Of a stretch of DNA of 64,000 nt, positions 41,187 to 52,604 are shown one piece after another. The translations under genes and the position numbers were made by a program. The first letter of the stretch is position 1. Every line of letters begins with the position of its first letter. The notes beneath the pieces were generated by a model. The model was not told the DNA's origin and made no database searches. It worked only from the letters and a program-made list of their open reading frames with translations. Origin of the DNA: an uncultured Holophagales bacterium (GTDB taxonomy: Bacteria; Acidobacteriota; Thermoanaerobaculia; Multivoradales; UBA5704); assembly GCA_963842525.1 (NCBI GenBank), contig CAWJGT010000001.1:224001-288000 (forward strand), given 5' to 3'.

Positions 41187-42641
41187 ATGCCTGGAGACCT
41201 CCCTGACGACGACGTCCGCCGGGCGCTCCACCGCGCCGCCGACCACATTGCCGACTACCTCGCGGGAGTCGGCGGCCGCCCTGTCGTGCCGGCGGTCGCG
41301 CCGGGCGACGTGGCGCGGCAGCTCCCCGTCGCGGCGCCGCACGAGCCCGAGCCGCTCGACCGCATCCTCGACGACTACGAGCGGCTGATCGAGCCGAACG
41401 TCACCCACTGGAACCATCCGGGGTTCCTGGCCTACTTCGGCATCACCGGCTCCGGTCCGGGGATCGTGGGCGAGGCGCTCGCCGCCTCCCTGAACAACAA
41501 CGCCATGCTCTGGCGCACCTCGCCGGCCGCCACCGAGCTCGAAGAGCGGGTCTGCGACTGGCTCCGCCAGATGATGGACCTCCCCCCGCGATTCCGCGGC
41601 CACATCAACGACACCGCCTCGACCAGCAGCCTGGTGGCGCTGGCCGCCGCCCGCCACCGCCTGCCAGGCCTCGACGTGCGGGAGTGCGGGTTGGCCGGCC
41701 GGCCGGAGGTGCCGCCGCTCATCCTCTATGCGAGCGATCAGGCCCACTCGTCCATCGACAAGGCGGCGATCGTCCTCGGCCTGGGGACCGGGAACGTGCG
41801 GCGGGTGGAGAGCGACGCCGGCTTCCGCATGTCGGTCCCGGCGCTGGAGGCGGCGATCGCCGAGGACCGCGCGGCCGGGCGCCTGCCCATGGCCGTGGTG
41901 GCGACCGCGGGCACGACGTCGACCACCAGCATCGACCCGATCCCCGCGATCGCCGACCTCTGCGAGCGTGAGGGGATCTGGCTGCACGCCGACGCCGCCT
42001 ACGCCGGCTCGGCCGCCATCTGCCCGGAGCTCCGGGCCCTGATGCCCGGTCTCGAGCGGGCCGACTCGATCGTGACCAACCCGCACAAATGGCTGTTCAC
42101 GCCGGTCGACTGCTCGATCCTCTACGTGCGCGACCCGGAGCTCCTGCGCGCCGCCTTCTCGCTGATCCCCGAGTACCTGCGCACCGACGAGGCGGGGGTG
42201 ACGAACCTGATGGACACCGGCTTCCAGCTCGGCCGCCGCTTCCGCGCGCTCAAGCTCTGGATGGTGATCCGCGCCTACGGCGTCCAAGGGCTGCGGGAGC
42301 GCATCCGCGAGCACTGCGCCCTGGCGCGCGAGCTCGCGGCGCGGATCGAGGCCGATCCCGCCTTCGAGCTGGCCGCGCCCGTCCCCTTCAGCGCCGTCTG
42401 TTTCCGGGCCCTGCCGGCGGACCCCGGCGCCACGCCGGAGGAGCAGGACCGGCTCAACGAGACGCTGCTCCGGCAGGTCAATGCCGCGGGCCCCTTCTTC
42501 CTCTCGCCCACGAGCCTGGGCGGCCGCCTCACTCCGCGGGTGGCGATCGGCAACATCCGGACCTCCCGCGAGCACATCGACGCGCTCTGGAGTCTGCTGG
42601 CGGAGACCGTGGCGACGCTGCGGTCCGCGGGGACGGCCTGA
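41187..42641 (+). CDS. PLP-dependent aromatic-L-amino-acid decarboxylase (group II)
   Basis: THWNHPGFLAYF, TSPAATELE, AHSSIDKA, LHADAAYAG, NPHKWLF (PLP Lys), LGRRFRALKLW. Confidence 0.92.
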   Translation: MPGDLPDDDVRRALHRAADHIADYLAGVGGRPVVPAVAPGDVARQLPVAAPHEPEPLDRILDDYERLIEPNVTHWNHPGFLAYFGITGSGPGIVGEALAASLNNNAMLWRTSPAATELEERVCDWLRQMMDLPPRFRGHINDTASTSSLVALAAARHRLPGLDVRECGLAGRPEVPPLILYASDQAHSSIDKAAIVLGLGTGNVRRVESDAGFRMSVPALEAAIAEDRAAGRLPMAVVATAGTTSTTSIDPIPAIADLCEREGIWLHADAAYAGSAAICPELRALMPGLERADSIVTNPHKWLFTPVDCSILYVRDPELLRAAFSLIPEYLRTDEAGVTNLMDTGFQLGRRFRALKLWMVIRAYGVQGLRERIREHCALARELAARIEADPAFELAAPVPFSAVCFRALPADPGATPEEQDRLNETLLRQVNAAGPFFLSPTSLGGRLTPRVAIGNIRTSREHIDALWSLLAETVATLRSAGTA

Positions 42642-43330
42642 TGGCCGGAAGCACGGGCGGGCCGTACAGGTTCGTCCCCTACCGTCCGGAGCGGCTCCCG
42701 GACGAGGAGATGCTGCGGCGGGCGCGGGCTTTCTACGCGGAGATGAACAGGCGGCGCAGCGTCCGGTACTTTGCGCCCGATCCGGTGCCGCGCGAGCTGA
42801 TCGAGCTGGCGATCCGGACCGCGGGCACGGCGCCCTCTGGAGCCCACCGCCAACCCTGGCGCTTCGTGGTCGTGAGCGATCCGGCGCTCAAGCGGGAGAT
42901 CCGCATCGCCGTCGAGGCGGAAGAGTTCGAGAGCTACATCGGCGGGCGGATGCCCCCCGAGTGGATCGAGGCGCTCGCCCCGATCGGCACCTCGTGGCAG
43001 AAGCCGTATCTGGAGACCGTCCCCTGGATCGTCGTGGTCTTCGAGGAGCTGTACGGCGTCGACGCCGGCGGCGGGAAGCACAAGAACTACTACCCCAAGG
43101 AGAGCGTCGGCATCGCCTGCGGGCTTTTCATCGCCGCCCTGCACCACATGGGTCTGGCGACCCTGACGCACACGCCGAGCCCGATGTCCTTCCTCTCCCG
43201 CATCCTGGGCCGTCCCGCGAACGAGAAGCCCTTCATCCTCTTCCCCGTCGGCTATCCCGCCCCCGGCTGCGAGGTCCCGGACATCCACCGCAAGAGCCTG
43301 GACGAGGTCGCCGTCTGGGACCCGGGCTGA
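42641..43330 (+). CDS. Iodotyrosine deiodinase-like nitroreductase-family flavoprotein
   Basis: RRSVRYF, AGTAPSGAHRQPW, EAEEFESY, WQKPYLE, YPKESVGIACG, LTHTPSPM. Confidence 0.85.
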   Translation: MAGSTGGPYRFVPYRPERLPDEEMLRRARAFYAEMNRRRSVRYFAPDPVPRELIELAIRTAGTAPSGAHRQPWRFVVVSDPALKREIRIAVEAEEFESYIGGRMPPEWIEALAPIGTSWQKPYLETVPWIVVVFEELYGVDAGGGKHKNYYPKESVGIACGLFIAALHHMGLATLTHTPSPMSFLSRILGRPANEKPFILFPVGYPAPGCEVPDIHRKSLDEVAVWDPG

Positions 43331-43341
43331 GGGGTGGCGGT

Positions 43342-44379
43342 TCAGGGCGGTGAGGGCCTTCGAGGCATCAGGCCCCGCACCGCCTCGGCCAGGGCCGCGG
43401 CGGCGCAGTGGTGCCCGGCGGCGGTCGGATGGTAGCGGTCGAACCGGAGCTTCTCCGGGCTGGCCTCGCGGCAGTCGCGGAAGGCAGGCCGCAGGTCGAG
43501 ATGGTGGAAGCCGTTCTCGCGGGCGAGCCTGGCGAGGTGGGCATGCTCGCGGCTGTGCTGCCTGTCGTAGAGCTTGGGGAGGTAGGGAAAGACCGCCAGC
43601 AGCACCTCGAAGCCGTCCTGCCGCGAGAGCGCCGCGAGCTCGGCCAGGAACGGGGCGACCGTGTTCCCGGCATCCTTTTCGGCCGCCGCCTCGGCCTTGC
43701 GCTGCCGGGCTTCCAGCACCCCGTAGCGCACGAACCGGTAGAGGGCGCTGCCGAGGAGCGCCCGCTGCGCTTCAGCCGTGGGCAGGAGGATCTTCCGGTC
43801 CCCCTGCGTCTCCCGCAGGGCGGCGAGTATGCGGGGGTCGGGCGGCCGGCGGTCGTTGTGGCAGTAGGCGACGAGCACGAGGTCAGGGTTGAACCGCAGG
43901 GCTCGGACGCGAAGCGTCTCCACCTCCTGCATGGTGTTGTAGCCGGAGACCCCGAAGTTGAGCACCTCGACCGGGAGGCCCTGCCGCCGCAGCCGTGCCT
44001 CGAGCTGGGCCGGGAACGTGTCCTCGCTGCGGCGGATCCGGTAGCCCGCCGCGATGCTGTCCCCCAGCACCGCGATGCGGTAGACCCCCGGCGGCTTCCC
44101 GACGGAGTGGTCGCGGTCCCGGTAGCCGAGCCGGTTGCTCCGGCCCTCGTACTCGAAGAACGACCTTGGGTCTCCCGCGAAGGCGAGGTCCGGCACCGGC
44201 TCGAAGAGCAGCCGGGGGTTGGACGAGAGCTGGAACCGCCCGCGGCGGACCGGCGCCACCTCGGGCGCCCCGGCGGCGCGCACCAGCAGCTCGCCCGCCC
44301 CGAGGGCGGCGGCGGTGCCCAGCGCGAGAGCCAGGAGCTTCTGGCGTCGAGACGAGGCCGGAGCGGATGGCGGTATCAT
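43342..44379 (-). CDS. SGNH/GDSL hydrolase family protein
   Basis: LGDSIAAG, NFGVSGY, YCHND, DRYHPTAAGH; N-terminal membrane anchor. Confidence 0.9.
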   Translation of the reverse strand: MIPPSAPASSRRQKLLALALGTAAALGAGELLVRAAGAPEVAPVRRGRFQLSSNPRLLFEPVPDLAFAGDPRSFFEYEGRSNRLGYRDRDHSVGKPPGVYRIAVLGDSIAAGYRIRRSEDTFPAQLEARLRRQGLPVEVLNFGVSGYNTMQEVETLRVRALRFNPDLVLVAYCHNDRRPPDPRILAALRETQGDRKILLPTAEAQRALLGSALYRFVRYGVLEARQRKAEAAAEKDAGNTVAPFLAELAALSRQDGFEVLLAVFPYLPKLYDRQHSREHAHLARLARENGFHHLDLRPAFRDCREASPEKLRFDRYHPTAAGHHCAAAALAEAVRGLMPRRPSPP

Positions 44380-44485
44380 GGAGGCGGCGGGACGACCTGG
44401 CGCGACTTTTGAATCCCAAGAGCCTCGTCCGCCGCTCCGGCTCCGGGACGGGGCAGAGCGCAACTCGACAAGGAGGTCGACGATC

Positions 44486-44668
44486 GTGTCATCCTCGTTT
44501 GGAGTCTACCTGATCGGCTTTATCGTCTTGATCATCGGGCTGGCTGTGGGGGCATACCTGGCCGGGGCCCCGCCCACCTGGATCGCGGTGGGCGTCGTGG
44601 TGCTCCTCGGGCTCGGGATCCTCAAGGCCGTGACCCGCACGCAGGCCAAGACGCCGCCGGATCAGTGA
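44486..44668 (+). CDS. Small two-TM membrane protein
   Basis: AAGGAGG RBS; SFGVYLIGFIVLIIGLAVGAYLAGAPPTWIAVGVVVLLGLGIL. Confidence 0.75.
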   Translation: MSSSFGVYLIGFIVLIIGLAVGAYLAGAPPTWIAVGVVVLLGLGILKAVTRTQAKTPPDQ

Positions 44669-44698
44669 GCGGCTGAACGGCGAGGAGACGAGCCGGAT

Positions 44699-46461
<1,763 letters not shown>

Positions 46462-46564
46462 GCAAATCTCCGTGCTACGGCCGCCATCCCCGTCAACGGG
46501 GGAGCTCCTGAATCGAGCGCTCCTGTGTTCCGGTGGAAAGGGGTCAAACCGATGGCACGGGAGT

Positions 46565-47569
46565 TTAGCAGCTTGCGCCGCCGTGTCCGCCACCCGGGCG
46601 GGGGTGATGTCCAGCAGGCAGGCCTTGGTCTCGCCGAAACGCCGGTGGCAGAAGCTGCATGGCAGCCGGACTCAGAGCGCCCGCTCCGGCGCGCCGTAGG
46701 GGCCGTTGCGCTCCGGATCGGTGGGTCCCATGACCATGAGCATCGGCGTGCCGAGGGCCTGGGCGAGGTGGGTGGGGCCCGATGTCGCCGCCCAGCACCA
46801 GGCGGGCCCGCGCGGATCAGGGCCGCGAGCGTCGGGAGGTCTCCGGCGGCCACGACCTGCGCCGCGCCGGCGGCCGAGGCCTCGACCCCGGCCGCCAGCC
46901 GCTCCTCGCCGCGGGCCGCCGCGATCCAGGTAGCAAGGCCCGTAGCATCCCGCAGGCGGCGGGCCGCCTCCCCCCAGCGCTCCGGCGGGTAGACGCTTGT
47001 TGGCCCAGCCGGCCCCGGGATGGAGGAGGACGAACGGCTCGCGGACTCCGCGCCGCCGGCAGGCTCGCCGCGGAAGAGCTTCTCCGGCCCGAAGTCCGCC
47101 GGCTCCGGCGGGATGCCGAGCGCATCGAGCAGCGAGAGCATCCGGTCCACCGCATGGACACCCCGCGGCGCCACCGGCTCGCTGATCCAGACAGCGGCTC
47201 GACGGCTCGCGCCGGAAGCGCCGGGCCGACGCCGATCCGGCGGTCGCTCAGGGTGAGCGCCGAGATCGCGCCCGCCTTGTGGTTGCCCATCAGGTCGAGC
47301 GCCACGTCGGGAGCGAAGCGGTCCAGGGCGGCGAGGAAGCCGCCCAGCTCGCGCACGGTGCGCGCCGAGAACGGCGCGCGGCGCCAGTGGCGCAGGCGCA
47401 CCAGGAGCAGCTCGTCGAGGTCCGGATGCCCCGCGAGCACGGGCGCCATCCCCTCCTCGACCACCCAGCCGATCTGCGCCTGCGGAAGATGCCGGCGCAG
47501 GGCCGTGAGCACCGGCAAGGCATGGACGACGTCGCCGAGGGCGCTGGTGCGGACGATCAGGACTCGCAA
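46565..47569 (-). CDS. waaC: LPS heptosyltransferase I, GT9 (multiple frameshifts)
   Basis: RVLIVRTSALGDVVHALP, HAVDRML, HPGAGWA-like segment, GPTDPERNGPYG; adjacent to heptose genes. Confidence 0.8.
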
Positions 47570-47601
47570 AACGGCACCTATCCTCGCCCGGGGCTCTACG
47601 G

Positions 47602-48078
47602 CTACGGCAGGCTTTTCACCTTGGCGATCAGATCGCTCGTCGCATGGTCCTTGGGGTCGCCGACCAGGGCAGTGCGGCCGCCGTAGGCGCGGACGACCTC
47701 GTACTCGGGGACTCGCTCGGGGGTGCCGTAGTCCGTCCCCTTGCAGTGGACGTCCGGCTTCAGGCGGGCGAGGAGAGGAGCCGGTGAGTCGCCTTCGAAG
47801 ATGACGACGAAGTCGACAGGTGCGAGGGCGGCGAGCAGCTCGGCCCGTTCCGCCGCCGGGACGACCGGCCGCCCGGGTCCCTTGAGCCGCGCCACCGAGC
47901 TATCGTCGTTGAGCGCCACCACCAGGGCGTCGGCCTCGGCCCGCGCGGCCTGGAGGTAGTGCAGATGCCCGACGTGGAGGAGGTCGAAATGGCCGTTGGC
48001 GAAGGCGATCTTCTTCCCGCGGGCTCGCAGCTCCGCCAGCAGCTCCGCGAGAGCTTCGACGCTCAGGACCGCTCCCAC
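47602..48078 (-). CDS. rfaE2: D-glycero-beta-D-manno-heptose 1-phosphate adenylyltransferase (RfaE domain II)
   Basis: FANGHFDLLHVGHLHYL, LKGPGRP, KGTDY. Confidence 0.92.
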   Translation of the reverse strand: MGAVLSVEALAELLAELRARGKKIAFANGHFDLLHVGHLHYLQAARAEADALVVALNDDSSVARLKGPGRPVVPAAERAELLAALAPVDFVVIFEGDSPAPLLARLKPDVHCKGTDYGTPERVPEYEVVRAYGGRTALVGDPKDHATSDLIAKVKSLP

Positions 48079-49119
48079 TCGATCTCCTCGATGGGCCGGC
48101 GATCGCTCGCCACGGCGTGGCGCAGCTCCTCCGGCGTGAGCGTGGCCGTCCCCATCTTCATGACCACGACTCCGCCGGCGTAGTTGGCGAGCAGGGAGGC
48201 CTCCAGGGGGGCGGCCCCGGCGGCAAGGGCCAGGGCGAAGGTGCCGATCACCGTGTCGCCGGCACCGGTCACGTCCGCCACCTGGTCGGTGCCGTGGACC
48301 GGGAGGTGGGCCGATCCGCCGTCCTGGAAAAGGCTCATGCCCCGGCTGCCACGGGTGATCAGGAGGAAGCGCGCCCCCAGGAGGTCACGCAGCCTCCGCC
48401 CGGCCTCCTCCAGCCGATCGGGGTCGTCGTTGATCGACGATCCGAGGAGAGCCTCTGCCTCCTCTTCGTTGGGCGTCGCCCCGTCGAGGCCGGAGAAATC
48501 CCCGAGCCGATAGCGGCTGTCGCAGACCAGCGTGGCTGCGGGGCCGAGGACCTGCCGGATGTGCGGCAGCAGGCCGGGCTCCACGGTCGCCATAGCCGTA
48601 ATCCGAGAGGATCGCCGCCCGCACCGCGCCGCCCGCGCTCCAACGCTCCACGGCCGCAGTGAGGCGCCGGCGCTCCTCCTCCGTCAACGCGAGCTTCTCT
48701 TCGATGTCATAGCGGACGATCTGCTGCTTGATCGAGTGTTTGCCGCCGCCGAGGATGCGGACCTTGGTAGGCGTCCGATAGCCAGGCCGGACCAGGATCC
48801 CGTCCGTGGCAACGCCGCGGCCAGCGAGCTCGTCGAGCAGCTTGCGGCCGTGAGGGTCGTCGCCGACCAGGCCCAGGGGGAGCGGACGGCCACCCAGCGC
48901 GGCTACGTTGGCCACCGCGTTGGCGCCGCCGCCCGGCACCAGCCGCTCGCCCTGCCAGGAGAGGATGAGGACTGGCGCCTCGCGGCTGATGCGTTTGGGG
49001 ATGCCGGTGATGAAGACGTCGGCGACGAGGTCCACCAGCATCGCCACCGGCTGGCCCGCCATGGCGTCGACCAGCCTGAGCAGGCGGTCGGTGTCCGGAG
49101 GTGGCTCTCGCGGGGGCAT
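48063..49119 (-). CDS. rfaE1: Heptose 7-phosphate kinase (RfaE domain I, PfkB family; frameshift near 48590)
   Basis: RISREAPV, GGGANAVAN, ILSDYGYG, TPNEEEA, DVTGAGDTVIG, VVMKMGTA. Confidence 0.9.
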
Positions 49120-49172
49120 GGACGGGGCGGGATTGTAGCAGGGGAGGCGCGCGCACCGGCTAGAATGTCCGC

Positions 49173-51533
49173 ATGCTCCCTCCCGCGGTCCGGCAGGGTC
49201 TGGCGCTCACCGGGCTCGGGCTTGCTCTGGCGGCGCTGTCCGGCTGCCGCGACCGTGCGCTCCAAAGCTGCCGGGAGCTGGTCGAAAGCGGGCGCTACGA
49301 GGAAGGGGCCGCTCGCTGCGAGCAGGTCTATACCGAACATGGCGCCCCCGAAGCCGGTGTGCTGGCGGCGCGCGCCGAGTACGGCCTGCGGCAGGGCGAT
49401 CGGGTGCTGGCCTGGGCGGACCGCCTGAAGGGCAGCTCCGGAGAGGCAGGCGCCCTGGCTTTGGTGGGGTTCGTCCACCAGCAACGCGGCGAGACGGACC
49501 TGGCCGTTCGGGCCTGCCGGCGCAGCCTCGACCTGGCCCGTGCGTCTGGAGACCACGCGCGGGCCGCGGGCGCCTTCTACTGTTTCTTCCAATTGTCCTG
49601 GTACGGCTCCCAATATCGCGAGGGTCTCGACTATGTGCGCCAAGGCTATGAAGAAGCTGTGCGGGCGGACGATCGCGTGCTGCAGGCCAGTGCGGCCGAG
49701 TCGCTCTACATCGTCCTCCACACCATAGGGGATCAGGAGGGAGCCCGGCGCGCCCTGGACCAGGCGGACGAGCTCCTGCCGGCGAGCCGGAAGTTGGAAC
49801 GCACCCGGATCCTCGCCAACCGAGGCAGCCTGTTGATCGAGGACGGGCGGCTGGAGCTGGCACGCCACGATATCGCGAAGGCTCTCGCGCTGGCGGGAGA
49901 GTCTGCAACGCCCCGCTTCTACCGCTCGACCCATCTGAACCTGGCCGAGATCGCCCTGCGCCTGGAAGAGCTCGACCGGGCGGAGCACCACCTCGCCGAG
50001 GCCAAGAAACACCTCGAGCCCGAAGGACCGGGCCGCACGGCTTTCCTTTATTTGCGCGCCCAACTCGCGCGGGCCCGCGGTCGGCTGGACGATGCGGAGC
50101 GCTTGCTCCTTACGGCCCTCGCGGAGCAGCCGGCGGCCGACTGGCAGTGGGAGCTCGACCATGAGCTGGGAGGGGTGGAGGAGGCCCGTGGCAATCTCCA
50201 GGCGGCAGAAGAGGCCTATGCGCGCGCCGCTGCAGTCGTCGAGGAGATGCGGGACGGGCTCGGACTCGACAATGCCAAGGACTGGCTTTTAGAAAGTCGT
50301 CGCGTGCCGTTCGAATCCCTCTTCCGGCTTCAGGCCCTTGCCGGTCGTGCCGAAGAGGCCCTGGGCACCGCCGAGCGGGTGAAGACCCGGATTTTCCAGG
50401 ATGCGTTCCTCCAGGCCATGACCACCGAGGAGGTAGCTCAAGGGGAGGTCTGGACAGAGGCGGCCGACCGGCTTGCGGCCTGGCAGGACCTCCTGCCAGC
50501 TATGAACGAGTCTCCCGCTGCGTCACCGCGTCCGGTCGGCCAGGTGCTCGCCGCGATGAAAGGACGGTTCGCCCTGGTCTATTTCGCGGCGGGCGACGAG
50601 CTCTGGCTGCTCCGCGTGGCGGGCCGGGAGGTCCGCCTCCGCAAGCTCGCGGCCTCGCGTGCAGAGGCCGCGGATCTCGCACGCCGCTTCGCCGCGGATC
50701 CGGACGACCGCCGGACGGCCACGGCTCTGGGAGATCTTCTGCTGCCGTCCGGCACGCGGCCACCGAAAGGGGCCACCATCCATGTGGCCGCCGATGGCGA
50801 GTTGGGCCGCATCCCCTTCGCCGCGCTGCGTTCCAGCGAATTGGGCGGTCGGTGTTGGATCGAGGAGCACAGCGTCGCCTATATCCCTGGAGTGAGCCTG
50901 ATGGCGGAAATCGACGCGCGACCTTCCCGGACCTGGAGCCCGCCTGTGGTCCTGGCCGACGCGCGTGGCGATCTTCCATTCGCGGCGGCCGAGGCGCAGG
51001 AGATCGCGATCCTTCTCGGTGCCACGGCCCGGACGGGAAGTGCAGCCACGTCAGAGATCATGGAACAGAGCGCGCAGGCGAGCATCCTGCACCTTGCTAC
51101 CCATAGCGGTCTGGGCCTCGGAGGAGCATGGATACAGCTCGCGGACCAACAGGTAACCGCCGCCGCGGTGATCGCTCGGCGCCTCCGACCGCGCCTAGCC
51201 GTTCTCGCCACCTGCTCATCGGCCCTCCCTCCGGGCCGCTCCATGTGGGGATCGCTCGGTTCGGCGTTCCTTGCGTCAGGCAGTGAGGCCGTTTTGGCTG
51301 CTCTCTGGGACGTCAACGATCGGACGGCTCGGAAAGTTGTGCTGCGCTTCTATACCGAAGGCGGCGCGGCCGATCCGGTCGCCGCCCTGGCACGGGCCCA
51401 GCGCGCTTTCCACGCCGCGGGAAAACCACCATCATACTGGGCGCCGTTCGTGCTCCTCGGCGTGGACCGGCCGCCCTCTGAAAGCTCCCCTGGAGGGGAA
51501 GAAAGGAACAGCAGACATGCGACCCGCGACTAA
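49173..51533 (+). CDS. TPR-CHAT (caspase-like) domain protein with a lipoprotein signal
   Basis: Lipobox LALAALSGC; TPR helices; ADGELGRIPFAAL, LPFAAAEA, LHLATHSG (His), VLATCSS (Cys), AALWDVND, YWAPFVLLG. Confidence 0.9.
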   Translation: MLPPAVRQGLALTGLGLALAALSGCRDRALQSCRELVESGRYEEGAARCEQVYTEHGAPEAGVLAARAEYGLRQGDRVLAWADRLKGSSGEAGALALVGFVHQQRGETDLAVRACRRSLDLARASGDHARAAGAFYCFFQLSWYGSQYREGLDYVRQGYEEAVRADDRVLQASAAESLYIVLHTIGDQEGARRALDQADELLPASRKLERTRILANRGSLLIEDGRLELARHDIAKALALAGESATPRFYRSTHLNLAEIALRLEELDRAEHHLAEAKKHLEPEGPGRTAFLYLRAQLARARGRLDDAERLLLTALAEQPAADWQWELDHELGGVEEARGNLQAAEEAYARAAAVVEEMRDGLGLDNAKDWLLESRRVPFESLFRLQALAGRAEEALGTAERVKTRIFQDAFLQAMTTEEVAQGEVWTEAADRLAAWQDLLPAMNESPAASPRPVGQVLAAMKGRFALVYFAAGDELWLLRVAGREVRLRKLAASRAEAADLARRFAADPDDRRTATALGDLLLPSGTRPPKGATIHVAADGELGRIPFAALRSSELGGRCWIEEHSVAYIPGVSLMAEIDARPSRTWSPPVVLADARGDLPFAAAEAQEIAILLGATARTGSAATSEIMEQSAQASILHLATHSGLGLGGAWIQLADQQVTAAAVIARRLRPRLAVLATCSSALPPGRSMWGSLGSAFLASGSEAVLAALWDVNDRTARKVVLRFYTEGGAADPVAALARAQRAFHAAGKPPSYWAPFVLLGVDRPPSESSPGGEERNSRHATRD

Positions 51534-51891
51534 AGCAACAAACCCGGATCCGGAGCCGCTGACGTTCCAAAAACAGGGCCAGACCCTTCGGGTGACCAAC
51601 AACTCGGAGGAAGACTCCTATCTGATCTTCGCCAGCACCCTGGAAGGGGAGCCCAAGGCCATCCTATTCAAGGCAGGGACGGTCGAGATCGACCTCACGA
51701 ATGTGGTGAGCGTGACCTCGTTCCGAGTGGAGGGGGCCTCGAAGTTCGATCTCAGAGAGGAACGCCCGAAGCCTTGCAATCTCGCCAACTGCCCGATCCC
51801 CCCGGAGCCTCCGATCTTTGCAGCGTTCATGGTGACTCCGAATGGGCAACGCCAGGCGCGGAAGGGCCGCATCGACCGGATCCCACGCTGA
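51517..51891 (+). CDS. Small hypothetical beta-rich protein (124 aa)
   Basis: AAGGA RBS; overlaps the CHAT stop; ends PKPCNLANCPIPPEPP... Confidence 0.65.
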   Translation: MRPATKATNPDPEPLTFQKQGQTLRVTNNSEEDSYLIFASTLEGEPKAILFKAGTVEIDLTNVVSVTSFRVEGASKFDLREERPKPCNLANCPIPPEPPIFAAFMVTPNGQRQARKGRIDRIPR

Positions 51892-51950
51892 ATGCGGAGA
51901 TTGTTGTATTCCACCGGCCTGCGTCGCCTCATGAGCAGAGGAGGAGGCCG

Positions 51951-52604
51951 ATGCCGTCGAGGAGCGAGATGGTGGTGATCCCCTTTGATCCCGGGCGCGG
52001 GGCGCGCCGGCCGGCGAATTCCGGCGCGCACCCGTCGCACGGGGAGGGCCAGGCGTTGGAGCCCGAAGTCCTGGCCGCCCTGGACCGGAGAGACCGGGAC
52101 CGCGCCCTCGACCTCCTGATGCGGGCGTACGGCAAGCCCCTGTATCGCTACTGCCGGCAGATGCTGCCGGATACGGACCTCGCCGAAGAGGTCCACCAGA
52201 TGACCTTCGTCCAGGCCTATGAGGGGCTGGGCCGCTTCGCCCGCCGCTCCTCTCTGCGCACCTGGCTCTTCGGCATCGCCCACCACCGCTGCCTCGACGC
52301 GCTCAAGATCTCCCGCCGGCGGGAGCGGCGGTTCGAGCTGCGCGCCGAGCTGCCCGAGCGGCCCGTCCCGGGCGGGAGCGCGGAGGACCGGCTCACCGCG
52401 CTCTCGCGGGTGCGCGACCTCGCCCGCTGCCTGCGGGAGCTGGCGCCGCGGGCACGCGACGCCGTCCTCCTGCGCTTCCAGGAGGGGATCACCTACGAGG
52501 AGATGGCGAAGCTGTCCGGCGAGAGGCCGGCGACCCTTCAGGCCCGGGTGGCCCGTGCCCTGCCCGTGCTCCGGCGCTGTCTCGAGCGGAAAGGGGAGGC
52601 CTGA
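51951..52604 (+). CDS. ECF sigma-70 factor
   Basis: GAGGAGG RBS; YGKPLYRYC, AEEVHQMTF, SSLRTWLFGIAHHRCLD, LRFQEGITYEEMA, RVARA. Confidence 0.93.
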   Translation: MPSRSEMVVIPFDPGRGARRPANSGAHPSHGEGQALEPEVLAALDRRDRDRALDLLMRAYGKPLYRYCRQMLPDTDLAEEVHQMTFVQAYEGLGRFARRSSLRTWLFGIAHHRCLDALKISRRRERRFELRAELPERPVPGGSAEDRLTALSRVRDLARCLRELAPRARDAVLLRFQEGITYEEMAKLSGERPATLQARVARALPVLRRCLERKGEA

